64,000 nt of DNA from Paraspadella gotoi (taxonomy: Eukaryota > Animalia > Chaetognatha), in assembly GCA_051294375.1 (NCBI GenBank), contig CM119265.1, positions 4,873,951-4,937,950 on the forward strand, in the 5' to 3' direction. The first letter of the stretch is position 1; the number at the start of each line of letters is the position of its first letter. A program made the translations under genes and the position numbers. The notes below the pieces were generated by a model. That model worked only from the letters and a program-made list of their open reading frames with translations. It had not been told where the DNA came from and did not search any database. This document shows, in pieces, positions 14,073 to 27,127 of this stretch.

Positions 14073-15322
14073 AAGAGAAGGAAAAAAGAAGAAAAAGAAA
14101 AAGAAATAAAGAAGAAATAAAAATAAATTACTGTAAATAAGATATTAAAAAAATTTTAAAAAAGTGAAAAAGGAGCTTTTCCGATTGACGAAAATGTCAT
14201 GCGCGAATAACGTTTTGTCTAGCGATAAGCAGAAAAATAATTTATTGACGGGCATTTGTTCGCCGCCTGAAGATTAAGAGGTAGGCGCGCGAGGTTGTTA
14301 TAGAGGGAGGAGGAAGAAAAAAAGGGCAAGTAGCCGAAGGTAAGTTCGCGTTATGAGGGAGCGCGGAGTGGAGCCAAGGGGGAGAAAATGGTGATGAGTC
14401 CGGTGGAGGGGGAAAGGGTCGCATGCGGAAAAAAAAAAAAAAAAGGGAATGAAGTTCAAAATTTAAGACACGAGGTGTGCGGTTGAAAAAAATAACGGGG
14501 GAAAGGGGTGGTAGCACGGAAATGCTAAAAGTGGGAGTGGGAAGCTGCGAATTCTCCTAAGAAACTCCGCTCGAGTTTAAATCGACGTCGATCTGAAGAA
14601 AAAGAAAAATAAATCAGACGCCGCTTGACTTGGTATCGTCACGTGATCTACAAAACGTTGTCTCCCTTTGATGATAGGAATCAATTCACTCTTTCTTTCT
14701 CTGCTTATTTTCTCTTTCTTTTTTTCGTTTCTATAATTTTTTTTCTCTTCGCGCTTCTTTCTTCTTTCTTTTTTTTCTTTCTTTGTGTTTCTTTCTATCA
14801 TTATATCTCAATCCATCTTAAGTTCTTTTTTTTTCATCTGTTGTTTCTTACTTCCTTCTCTATTAATCTTTTTCTTCCTCAACGTTTTCCTTTTTATTTC
14901 TAAAACTTACTTTTCACAAACTCTTCCCACTTCGCAATTTCATGCTAATCCCGCTCCGACGGCGTGAACCCAATGTAGGCGACTTTGGGTTCCGAGGGAA
15001 AAAGAAACATGGAAATCGCCGCTTTTTTCGATTAACCGAGATCGGAAGAAATTCTTTTTCTTCATTTCCTCTCCTCTGCAACAAATTTCGTAGAACTCAA
15101 CCCTTGCGCCCACCCCTTAATCGAGTTTTCTCACTGCAACTTTAACCAACCCCCCCAACGCCAGCCCCGTTATGCTATTCGGATTTTTTCAATTATCGGG
15201 AATAAATCGCGCCCTTTCTTCGTCCAAATTGGAAAATGGCGGGAAAGAAGAAAATTTGGATTTTCCCGCGGGAATCTCGGCGTTCGAAGACCGAGGTGCG
15301 ACAAAGCAAGAGGCCCTTCTGC

Positions 15323-15396
<74 letters not shown>

Positions 15397-16316
15397 CTCT
15401 CGCCGAAAAAGAGCAATCACGAGACGACGGGAAATGGCAACAAATCTACAAACTTTCCCCTTTTTTCTCTTTTAAAAAAAGGAGCCATCACCGAATGTAA
15501 ACAGGTAAACAAACAAACAGAGCCGAGAAATTTGATCGATTTTTCACTTTTCTCAAGCGAAAAAAAGGGACAGACGCGAGAGAGATAGAAAGAGAGTGAG
15601 ATTCCGCGATATGAACGTGAAGGAAGATAAATCCACTGCGGAAAGAGGGTAGCGGTTGAGCGCGTAGCGGCGAGGGGCCTTAGTTCCTCGCGAATTTTGG
15701 TAAACAACGAGAAATAATTGAATTATTTTTTTTTTTTCCAGAAAAGATTAAACAAACGGACGGAAAAAGGCGAGAGATTAAAAGTACCCCTTCGAATTGG
15801 AATTTTGTTTTGTCATTTGTTCGAAAAAGGCGACATTCTATCGCGGAGCGAGGAGAGAGAAGCGTCGAGACGAGACTAATAAAAGACGGAAAACTGGGAA
15901 TCAGAGGCGAAACTTAACCGGGCGGTGAAAATTACGGCGCGACGCTTCGGACGAACGCCGGTATAAGCGTCTCATATCAGACGTTCGATGCCAGGGAGAA
16001 AGAACGACCGCCAACTCTGCCACGCCCATAGACGCAATCCTGTACCTCCGTCACGTACCGGCGTCAACGTGGCGCCATTCAATTCATAGCGCCGCCGCGA
16101 ATCGACGCCGACGACGGGAGACGCGTGCTGACCCGAAAACCGGAGTAGAGCGTCCCGGAGCTAACGAGGTTCTGGCGAAGTAAACGACGACGACGACGAC
16201 GGACGACGACGACTGATGATGATTCGTTACGATAAAACATTTCAACTTACGGTGAAACGTCGGTTAACTCGTTGCCCTTCGGGCGTGCTTTTTCGTTTCT
16301 CCCTCCCTCTCTCTCT

Positions 16317-16367
<51 letters not shown>

Positions 16368-16712
16368 CTCTCTCTCTCTTCTCTTCTCTCTCTTTTCTCT
16401 CCTCAACATTTTTCACTCTTCCATTAGTAAATAGAACGAATGTCAGCCGTGGGCTCCATAAGCGAGTGAGTTGAGTGAGAGAGAGAGAGCAGGAGAGAGA
16501 GAGAGATGGAGATGAGAGAGAGAGAGAGAGAGGAGAGAAATTAACATTCGACGAGAGAGATAGACGAGAGAGATGAGACGGAGAGATAGGGAGAGCAGAG
16601 GAGGAGAGAGATGGAGAGGGAGGGAGAAACGAAAGCACGCCCGAAGGGCAACGAGTTAACCGACGTTCACCGTAAGTGAAATTGTTATTACGTACACGAA
16701 TCATCATCGTCG
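13802..16712 (+). repeat. Direct duplicate, copy 1 (matches 17458-20367, offset 3656)
   Basis: ctggggaaacttagaaaaacc starts at both 13802 and 17458. The ORF track gives identical translations at constant offset 3656 (14242/17898, 15172/18828, 16216/19872). Confidence 0.95.
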
Positions 16713-17457
16713 NNNNNNNNNNNNNNNNNNNNNNNNNCGTCGTCGTCGTCGTCGTCGTCGTCGTCGTTACTCCAGAACTCGTTAGCTCCGGGACGCTCTA
16801 CTTCCGGTTTCGGGTCACACGCGTCTCCCGTCGTCGGCGTCGATTCGCGGCGGCGCTATGATTGATGGCGCCGTTGACGCCGGTACGCGAGGTACAGGAT
16901 TGCGTCTATGGGCGTGGCAGAGTTGGCGTCGTTCTTTCCTCCCTGGCATCGACGCTGATTGAGACGCTACGGCGTTCGTCGAAGCGTCGCGCCGTAATTT
17001 TCACGCCCGGTTACGGTTTCGCCTCTGATTCCCAGTTTCCGTCTTTTAATTAGTCTCGTCTCGACGCTTCTCTCTCTCGCTCCCGATAGATGTCGCCTTT
17101 TTCGAACAAAATGACAAAACAAATTCCAGATTCGAAGGGGTAGCTTTTAATCTCTCGCCTTTTTCCGTCGTTTGTTTATCTTTTCTGGAAAAAAAAATAA
17201 TTCAATTATTCTCGTTGTTTACCAATCGCGAGGACTAAGGCCGCTCGCCGCTCACCGCTCACCGCTACCTCTTTCCGCAGTGATTTATCTTCCTTCACGT
17301 TCATTCGCGGAATCTCACTCTCTTTCTATCTCTCTCCGTCTGTCTTTTTTTTCCTTGAGAAAGTGAAAAATCGAATCAAATTCTCGCTCTGTTTGTTTGT
17401 TTACCTGTTTACATTCGGTGATGCTCCTTTTTTAAAAGAGAAAAAAAGGGGAAACTT

Positions 17458-17697
17458 CTGGGGAAACTTAGAAAAACCACGAATTCTTTGTGCCACCATC
17501 TTAAATCAGGAAAAATGGGGGGGAACAAGGCGGGGGAGAGGGAGATAAGAGGAGGCGGGAAGGAGAGGAGAGGAAATAGAAGAGAGGATTAGAGATAAAG
17601 AATGTTAATTGAAAACAAATTAATAAAAATATAAAGATTAAAGAAACCAAAAATGAAATAAAGAAACGAAGAAAGAAAGTAAAGAAAGGTTAAGATA

Positions 17698-17728
<31 letters not shown>

Positions 17729-18978
17729 AAGAGAAGGAAAAAAGAAGAAAAAGAAAAAGAAATAAAGAAGAAATAAAAATAAATTACTGTAAATAAGATA
17801 TTAAAAAAATTTTAAAAAAGTGAAAAAGGAGCTTTTCCGATTGACGAAAATGTCATGCGCGAATAACGTTTTGTCTAGCGATAAGCAGAAAAATAATTTA
17901 TTGACGGGCATTTGTTCGCCGCCTGAAGATTAAGAGGTAGGCGCGCGAGGTTGTTATAGAGGGAGGAGGAAGAAAAAAAGGGCAAGTAGCCGAAGGTAAG
18001 TTCGCGTTATGAGGGAGCGCGGAGTGGAGCCAAGGGGGAGAAAATGGTGATGAGTCCGGTGGAGGGGGAAAGGGTCGCATGCGGAAAAAAAAAAAAAAAA
18101 GGGAATGAAGTTCAAAATTTAAGACACGAGGTGTGCGGTTGAAAAAAATAACGGGGGAAAGGGGTGGTAGCACGGAAATGCTAAAAGTGGGAGTGGGAAG
18201 CTGCGAATTCTCCTAAGAAACTCCGCTCGAGTTTAAATCGACGTCGATCTGAAGAAAAAGAAAAATAAATCAGACGCCGCTTGACTTGGTATCGTCACGT
18301 GATCTACAAAACGTTGTCTCCCTTTGATGATAGGAATCAATTCACTCTTTCTTTCTCTGCTTATTTTCTCTTTCTTTTTTTCGTTTCTATAATTTTTTTT
18401 CTCTTCGCGCTTCTTTCTTCTTTCTTTTTTTTCTTTCTTTGTGTTTCTTTCTATCATTATATCTCAATCCATCTTAAGTTCTTTTTTTTTCATCTGTTGT
18501 TTCTTACTTCCTTCTCTATTAATCTTTTTCTTCCTCAACGTTTTCCTTTTTATTTCTAAAACTTACTTTTCACAAACTCTTCCCACTTCGCAATTTCATG
18601 CTAATCCCGCTCCGACGGCGTGAACCCAATGTAGGCGACTTTGGGTTCCGAGGGAAAAAGAAACATGGAAATCGCCGCTTTTTTCGATTAACCGAGATCG
18701 GAAGAAATTCTTTTTCTTCATTTCCTCTCCTCTGCAACAAATTTCGTAGAACTCAACCCTTGCGCCCACCCCTTAATCGAGTTTTCTCACTGCAACTTTA
18801 ACCAACCCCCCCAACGCCAGCCCCGTTATGCTATTCGGATTTTTTCAATTATCGGGAATAAATCGCGCCCTTTCTTCGTCCAAATTGGAAAATGGCGGGA
18901 AAGAAGAAAATTTGGATTTTCCCGCGGGAATCTCGGCGTTCGAAGACCGAGGTGCGACAAAGCAAGAGGCCCTTCTGC

Positions 18979-19052
<74 letters not shown>

Positions 19053-19972
19053 CTCTCGCCGAAAAAGAGCAATCACGAGACGACGGGAAATGGCAACAAA
19101 TCTACAAACTTTCCCCTTTTTTCTCTTTTAAAAAAAGGAGCCATCACCGAATGTAAACAGGTAAACAAACAAACAGAGCCGAGAAATTTGATCGATTTTT
19201 CACTTTTCTCAAGCGAAAAAAAGGGACAGACGCGAGAGAGATAGAAAGAGAGTGAGATTCCGCGATATGAACGTGAAGGAAGATAAATCCACTGCGGAAA
19301 GAGGGTAGCGGTTGAGCGCGTAGCGGCGAGGGGCCTTAGTTCCTCGCGAATTTTGGTAAACAACGAGAAATAATTGAATTATTTTTTTTTTTTCCAGAAA
19401 AGATTAAACAAACGGACGGAAAAAGGCGAGAGATTAAAAGTACCCCTTCGAATTGGAATTTTGTTTTGTCATTTGTTCGAAAAAGGCGACATTCTATCGC
19501 GGAGCGAGGAGAGAGAAGCGTCGAGACGAGACTAATAAAAGACGGAAAACTGGGAATCAGAGGCGAAACTTAACCGGGCGGTGAAAATTACGGCGCGACG
19601 CTTCGGACGAACGCCGGTATAAGCGTCTCATATCAGACGTTCGATGCCAGGGAGAAAGAACGACCGCCAACTCTGCCACGCCCATAGACGCAATCCTGTA
19701 CCTCCGTCACGTACCGGCGTCAACGTGGCGCCATTCAATTCATAGCGCCGCCGCGAATCGACGCCGACGACGGGAGACGCGTGCTGACCCGAAAACCGGA
19801 GTAGAGCGTCCCGGAGCTAACGAGGTTCTGGCGAAGTAAACGACGACGACGACGACGGACGACGACGACTGATGATGATTCGTTACGATAAAACATTTCA
19901 ACTTACGGTGAAACGTCGGTTAACTCGTTGCCCTTCGGGCGTGCTTTTTCGTTTCTCCCTCCCTCTCTCTCT

Positions 19973-20023
<51 letters not shown>

Positions 20024-21230
20024 CTCTCTCTCTCTTCTCTTCTCTCTCTTTTCTCTCCTCAACATTTTTCACTCTTCCATTAGTAAATAGAACGAATGTC
20101 AGCCGTGGGCTCCATAAGCGAGTGAGTTGAGTGAGAGAGAGAGAGCAGGAGAGAGAGAGAGATGGAGATGAGAGAGAGAGAGAGAGAGGAGAGAAATTAA
20201 CATTCGACGAGAGAGATAGACGAGAGAGATGAGACGGAGAGATAGGGAGAGCAGAGGAGGAGAGAGATGGAGAGGGAGGGAGAAACGAAAGCACGCCCGA
20301 AGGGCAACGAGTTAACCGACGTTCACCGTAAGTGAAATTGTTATTACGTACACGAATCATCATCGTCGGTCGTCGTCGTCGTTCGTCGTCGTCGTTACTC
20401 CAGAACTCGTTAGCTCCGGACCGCGCTCTACTTTTCCGGGTTTCGGCAGTCACACGCCGTCTCCCGTCAGTCTGGCGTCGTTTCGCGGCGGCGCTATGAA
20501 TTGATGGCGCCGTTGACGCCCGGTACGCAGGTTACAGGATTGCGTCTATGGGCCATCAGTGGCAGAGTTGCGTCGTTCTTCCTCCCTGGCATCGACGCTG
20601 GATTTTGAGACGCTACGGCGTTCGTCGAAGCGTCGCGGCCACGTAATTTTCACGGCCCGGTTACGGTTCTCGCCTCTGATTCCCACGTTTCGTCTTTTAA
20701 ATTAGTCGCGGATCTCGACCTTCCTCTCCTCGCTCCCGCATAGAATGTCGCCTTTTTCGTCGAAACAAAATGACAAAAACCAAATTCCAAGATTCGAAGG
20801 GTAGCTTAATCTCTCGCCTTTTTCCGGTCTTTGTTTATCTTTTCTTGGAAAAAAAAATAATTCAATATATTCTTCGTTGTTTACCAATCCGCGAGGACTA
20901 AGGCCGCTCGCCGCTCAACCGCTCACCGCTACCTCTTCCGCAGTGATTATCTTCCTTTCACGTTCATCGCGGAATCTTCACTCTCTTCTATCTCTCTCCG
21001 TCTGTCTTTTTTTTACCCTTGAGGAAAGTGAAAAAAATTCGAATCAAATTCCTGCGCTCTGTTTGGTTGTTTACCTTGTTTACATTCGGTTGCATGCTCC
21101 TTTTTTTTAAAAGAGAAAAAAAAGGGGAAAGTTGTATGGAATGTTGCCATTCCCGTCGTCATCTTTCGCGAGAGAGGAGGAGAGAGAGAGAGAGGAGATT
21201 GCAAGAGAGAAGAGAGGACGGAGGAGGAGT

Positions 21231-21262
<32 letters not shown>

Positions 21263-22489
21263 CGAGCCTCTTTGCTTGTCGAACACCTCGGTCTTCGCAA
21301 AACGCACGGAGATTCCGCGCGGGAAAACAAATTTTCTTTCCCTTTNNNNNNNNNNNNNNNNNNNNNNNNNTTCCCGCCATTTTCCAATTTGGACGCGAAG
21401 AAAGGGCGCGATTTATTCCGATAATGAAAAATCCGATAGACAACGGGGTGGCGTTGGGGGGGGTTGGTTAAAGTTCGTGGAAATCGAGAAGGGGGTGGGG
21501 AAGAGGGTGAGTTACGAATTTGTGCAGAGGAGGAAATGAAGAAAAATTCTTCCGAATCTCGGTTAATCGAAAAAAAGCGGCGATTTCCATGTTTCTTTTT
21601 CCCCTCGGAACCCAAAGTCGGCCTACATTGGGTTCACCCGTCGGAGCGGGATTAGCATGATTTGGAAGTGGGAGAGTTTGTGAAAGTAAGTTAGAATAAA
21701 AAGAAAACGTTGAGGAAAGAAAAAGAAATTAATAGAGAAGGAAAAGTAAGAAACAACGAAATGAAAAAAAAAAAAGAAACTTAAGATGGATTGAGATATA
21801 ATGATAGAAAGAAACACAAGAAAAAAAAAAAGAAACGAAGAAAGAACCGAAGAAAGAAAAAAAATTATAGAAACGAAAAAAGAAAGAGAAAAATAACAGA
21901 GAAAGAAAGAAGTGATTGATTCTATCATCAAGGGAGACAACGTTGTAGATCACGTGACCGAACCAAGTCAAGCGGCGTCTGATTTATTTTTCTTTTCTTC
22001 AGATCGACGTCGATTTAAACTCGAGCGGAGTTTCTTGGAAGAATTCCAGCTCCACTCCCACTTTACATTCCGTCTACCACCTCTTTCCCCCGTTATTTTT
22101 TTTCACCGCACACCCTCGTGTCTTAAATTTTGACTCATTCCCCTTTTCGCAGCGACCTTCTCCCCCTCCACCGACTCCATCACCATTTTCTCCCCCTTGG
22201 CTCCACTCCGCTCCCTCAACCGAACTTACCTTCGGCGTAACCTTTCCTTTTTTTTTCTTCTCCTCCCTCCATAACAACCCCCCCCTACCTCTTAATCTTC
22301 AGCGGCGAACAAATCCCGTCAAAATTATTTTTCTCTTATCGCTACCAAAACCTTATTCGCGCATACATTTTCGTCAATCGGAAAAGCTCCTTTTTCACTT
22401 TTTTAAATTTTTTTTTTATTATCTTATTTACAGTATTTATTTTTATTTCTCTTTATTTCTTTTTTCTTTTCTTCTTTTCCTTCTCTTTT

Positions 22490-22520
<31 letters not shown>

Positions 22521-22749
22521 ATCTTACTTTCTTTCTTTCTTTCTTTCGTTCTTTATTTCTTTTTGGTTTCTTTAATCTTTATGAAATTGGTATTATAAAA
22601 TTTTTTCATACATTCTTTATCTCTAATCCTCTCTTCCTTTCCTCTCCCTCTCCTCCCCCTCCTCTTATCTCCCTCTCCCCCGCTTGTTCCCCCCCATTTC
22701 CTGATTCTAAAGATGGTGGCACAAGATTCGTGGTTTTCTAGTTCCCCAG
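17458..22749. repeat. ~5.3 kb fold-back palindrome (arms ~2.5 kb) turning at (CT)n-spacer-(GA)n near 19960-20280
   Basis: 17458 ctggggaaacttagaaaaaccacg is the reverse complement of gtggttttctagttccccag ending 22749. Inner arms ...cccttcgggcgtgctttttcgtttctccc (19930-19960) and gggagaaacgaaagcacgcccgaaggg (20278-20305) are also reverse complements. Arms differ mainly by small indels. Confidence 0.93.
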
Positions 22750-25700
22750 AGCTTAAGGCGCGCTGCAAATTTTGATGTTCGGCGAATCCTAAGCCTTCGG
22801 GTATTTGGCTGGNNNNNNNNNNNNNNNNNNNNNNNNNNNNNNNNNNNNNNNNNNNNNNNNNNNNNNNNNNNNNNNNNNNNNNNNNNNNNNNNNNNNNNNN
22901 NNNNNNNNNNNNNNNNNNNNNNNNNNNNNNNNNNNNNNNNNNNNNNNNNNNNNNNNNNNNNNNNNNNNNNNNNNNNNNNNNNNNNNNNNNNNNNNNNNTT
23001 TTTTTTTATTAGTTTTGTTTGTCTAGGCTTTTCCAGTTTCCACCGGAGGCGAGATATTCCCTCGGGAGACGGTTAACCCTTTTTAGGGAATTCCCGCGTA
23101 GGGAAAGGCGGGAAAAAAAGATAGATTTTAACATACATATTTTTTAACGAATTATAAAACGAGGGAATGAAAAAGCTTATGCAATATTTTTATGGTAAAT
23201 TTAAAAATCGAAATTACGCTTTCGTGTGCGTTAATGAAAATTGGTAATAGAAATGACAGAGCGTTTCAACAACAGAAAGAAAAATAATAGGAATTTCTGG
23301 AAACAAAACTTATTATATCTTTTGAAAATCTAGATCGTTGTGTAATTTATCGCTTTGTTTAGTATTTATACAATCCTAAATGAAATAACGTTTTAATAAT
23401 GACTCTCTTGCGTTTTGTTTCCTTTTCATTTTTCATTAATTTCGATATGTTTTTATCTAAATCCCTTAAAGACAAGNNNNNNNNNNNNNNNNNNNNNNNN
23501 NNNNNNNNNNNNNNNNNNNNNNNNNNNNNNNNNNNNNNNNNNNNNNNNNNNNNNNNNNNNNNNNNNNNNNNNNNNNNNNNNNNNNNNNNNNNNNNNNNNN
23601 NNNNNNNNNNNNNNNNNNNNNNNNNNNNNNNNNNNNNNNNNNNNNNNNNNNNNNNNNNNNNNNNNNNNNNNNNNNNNNNNNNNNNNNNNNNNNNCTCTCT
23701 CTCTCTCGTTCTCTGTGTCACACTCTCACACACCAGAGTTTATGCTCGACTTCTCGCTTTCCCCTTTTCGTATTTCCTTCCCAAACACAGTGCTTGCCTC
23801 CTCTTCATCCCCGATCTTTATTTCCCTTCCAGTTTTTTATCACAATAAAAAATTTTATGGTGTAGAAATATTTTTTTCAATCGCGAGAGAGAGAGAGAGA
23901 GCGAGAGAGCGAGAGAATTCGAATACATTCGTCTGCTTAAAAAATGAATAAAAAGAAATGGGGGAAAAATATTTCTATGGAACCAGATTCTTTCTTTTTT
24001 TTTCTTTTGTTAAAAAGTTATTCATTGACTCGATGGCTTAATGACTTTATGTTTTTTTCCAAACACTTGCCTCAACTCGTTGTTCTTTTGTTCCACGTCG
24101 GTTCTTCTTTGTTTATTCGGTCATTAATTATTCTTTAAAGCGAAAAAAAAGTGTGTTTTCTTCGGTTAGCCTTTCGTTTTAATGACTGATCGCCTCACCT
24201 GAGAATTTCTTTTTCCCCCACTATGTTTTTTATTCTTAATTGCTATTTTTTTTATTTTTTACATTCATCTTTTAATTTTGTTCAACCAATTTTTTTTATT
24301 TCTTTATTTTTTAGATATGCTACCATTCTTTTTTTCTGATATACACTATCCCTTTAATCTCCTGTCTCTTCTGTCTTTTTCTGTCCACCGTCAAGAGCAC
24401 GAAAACTCCAATTTGCGTCACCCGTGTCCACGTTTCGTGGACGTCGTCGTCATTTTGACGCTGACTTTACGTCGCGGTCGTCAAAAATTGTACGACTGTC
24501 GCACTCACTCGAACAATGATGACGGGGTTAAATATTTTTAACTCCAAACGCCATTTTTTATGTTCCAGCGATGCCCCAAAAAAGAGTGCGCCCGTTTTTA
24601 AAGTTACCTCTCCCAATATTTAGTGGCCGCCAAAACGTATATCGCTCAGCCAATAAATGCGACGTTTGGCTTAACCCGTCAAACGTCCCCAGAGCCTAGA
24701 TCCCCTTGGCCCCTTTCTCTACCACCTCGGCTTTAATCCCGAATTTAAGTTGCCTCTCGGCCAAATTCGATTTCGGTTTCTGTTCCTTCTATATTTCATT
24801 CATTTCCCTTCCACACTCTTCGACTCCACTCAGTTTTCGCAGCGGATGCATTTTGTTCTTTGGCCAAAGGGGGCGCGCTTCATATGGCGAGACGCTGACA
24901 AGCGCCAAGCGCGGTCTTTTGGTGCGTGCGAATGTACGTGCGCAGTACCTTCAAACGTAGGATAATGATTTAGTCGACATCTGAGTCCAGGCCTTATGAA
25001 AGAAAGACACTGTGCTCTGGAAAGAGCACGAGTGTGAGGGGAGATTTGCCCCTTAATTAAGACATATTAATATAGGTCGTTTCTGCCCTGTCTGGTGAGA
25101 ATATACCATATCGCCTAAAGAATAACATCCCGTCTATTAATCAGGCCATGTCACACTCATCATGCAATAAACTCTTTCGGCGGTTCCACATTTGAAGGCT
25201 TGGGGCCCTTCCTACGTCTGTTCCCCCTCACCTGCACACGCCCGGACCGGGAGGTTCACCCTCGTTTACCGGGCATCTGTTTCCAGGATGAAAAAGCCCC
25301 CTGATCGAAATTTAACGTGTGTTTGTTTTGTTGTTACCTCCAAAGAGATTTTATTTTTTTTTAGAACAGTTCCTTTAATTACCCCTTTGTTACGGGGCGA
25401 AGTAAGCGACACAAAGAACGAGGTATTGTAATGCAGAAACATTGGGCGAAAAAAGATTTAGACTGAAATAAATATCAAATGGGATTTGGTATCATAATAA
25501 AAATAAGAAATAAAGCTTGCAATACAACTTTTTAATTTAATTTGAAAGTTAAAAGTCTGAGTGTGTTTTGGGTCTTTCTTCCCCAACAGAATGCGATGTC
25601 TGTCTTACATCCCTTTCTTATAATTTTTTATGTCAGTAAAATAAACGATCCGCATTACAAATAGTCAGGAACAGCCTTCCTGCTGCATCTGCTCACGCTG

Positions 25701-27070
25701 AGCCGGAAATATGATCACTAGAGATCCAAGTGCATATGCGCAGAGTAGTCTTCACTATCATACCAATTATGGGCCAAAAATTCGTGGTTAGATTTACGTA
25801 CGGTTTACTACACATAATTAATTTTTGTTACTAGGTCTTCGGCTACCTATATTCTAACTTTTTTCCTTTCTTACTGTTCTTTCCATCTTTCCTAAAATAC
25901 GTTTTCCCCTTACTCTTACTTTTTACCCTCCTACATTCTGGTTCCTATAATTCTTGAACTACAGGTGTTGAATGAATTGGGAAGTAGCGTTCTCTACTAT
26001 ATATGTGATTTCATGTTAGTCACTTTTGTATTTGTTTATATTATCATACCCTACTCAAATCAAGTATATCCTCCATTTGACCAAATCTGGCTCTAAATTA
26101 TACACTCGGGTTTTATCATAAATATTTCTCTTCTGACAAATGATCATCGTTTGTATGTTCAATTTTTAAATTTTTTTAATATCGGGAGAATGTTTCAGAC
26201 CTAGAGCCCTGTCCTAATTCGTTTGTCGTGCTTAATTCTTTCGCTGGACTCTTTTCCTCCTCCACTTCGCTGCTCTCTCCAAATCCTCTCTCTCTCTCTC
26301 TCCTCATCTCTTTTCCAATCACAGCTCTAGTCGGTCCTCCAATCTTACGCTTTTTTCATCTAGTGTCTGCTCTTTATCTTTCTCTCTCTCTCTCTGCGTT
26401 CATTACCTGAACTTCTCTCTTCTCTGTTATAAATTCGCTATTCTCAAATGTATTATCTACCTCAACTATTTTTTCTCAATCGTTCAATATATAGACGACA
26501 AGCATTGTCGATTTCTTTTCTTCTCTCTCTATCTTTTTCTTTCTATGCGAATTCTCTCCCTTTGGTGGTAAACTCGATTCACTCTGGTCTCTGTCGTTTA
26601 ATCATGGCACAAGTGATCGATTAACTTTTTTTTCGCAGTCAAGAAACGAAGAAAGGTCGCCTGGGCGGAGGGACACCGCACGAAATTAAATAAAATGAGA
26701 GATCGAAAATCTCCTTGGGCGTATTTAAAACAATTTAAAAACAGTTTTTTTTTTTTATTCAGAAGCATCCTTTGTCTGACAAATGCGGATTTTAAAAATA
26801 GTTTTCCATTCTTCATTAACCTCGACTTGCTTCCTTCTCTGTCTTCTCTCCTCTCTCTTTTCTCTCTTTTCTTTCTCTCTTTTCTCTCTTTCTTTTCTCC
26901 ATCAATCCAAAACAAGTGCGGGCGCATTTTGTTCCATCCGAATAAAAAAATAGATCTTTAGAATCATTTTGTCTAAGAAAAATGTTTATTGTTTGGCAAT
27001 GGGCAAGCGGGCGGGTTAAGGATCTCCTCTCTATCTCTTCTTCCTCCTTCCTCCTCCTTCCTTCTCTCTC

Positions 27071-27127
<57 letters not shown>

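Noticed and set aside
16400-16620. SMRTbell adapter at the palindrome centre
   Set aside because: The adapter sequence is not recognisable; the centre is genomic spacer also present, reverse-complemented, at 28029-28098.
16738-17060. GC-rich block after (CGT)n as a coding exon (poly-Asp or poly-Ser)
   Set aside because: Several frames on both strands look equally plausible, each is closed by stops, and no domain is recognisable.
13802-22749. Foldback (FB/Galileo-type) transposon or palindromic amplicon
   Set aside because: No TSD, no internal tandem-repeat arms and no transposase; the same DNA is linear and single-pass at 27.7-30.8 kb.
24950-26380. Novel insertion relative to 12410-12940
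   Set aside because: Short words of the 12.4-12.8 kb sequence (ttaattaa, ccatatcgc, ttgttgttacc) persist in order amid random bases, indicating a degraded read segment.
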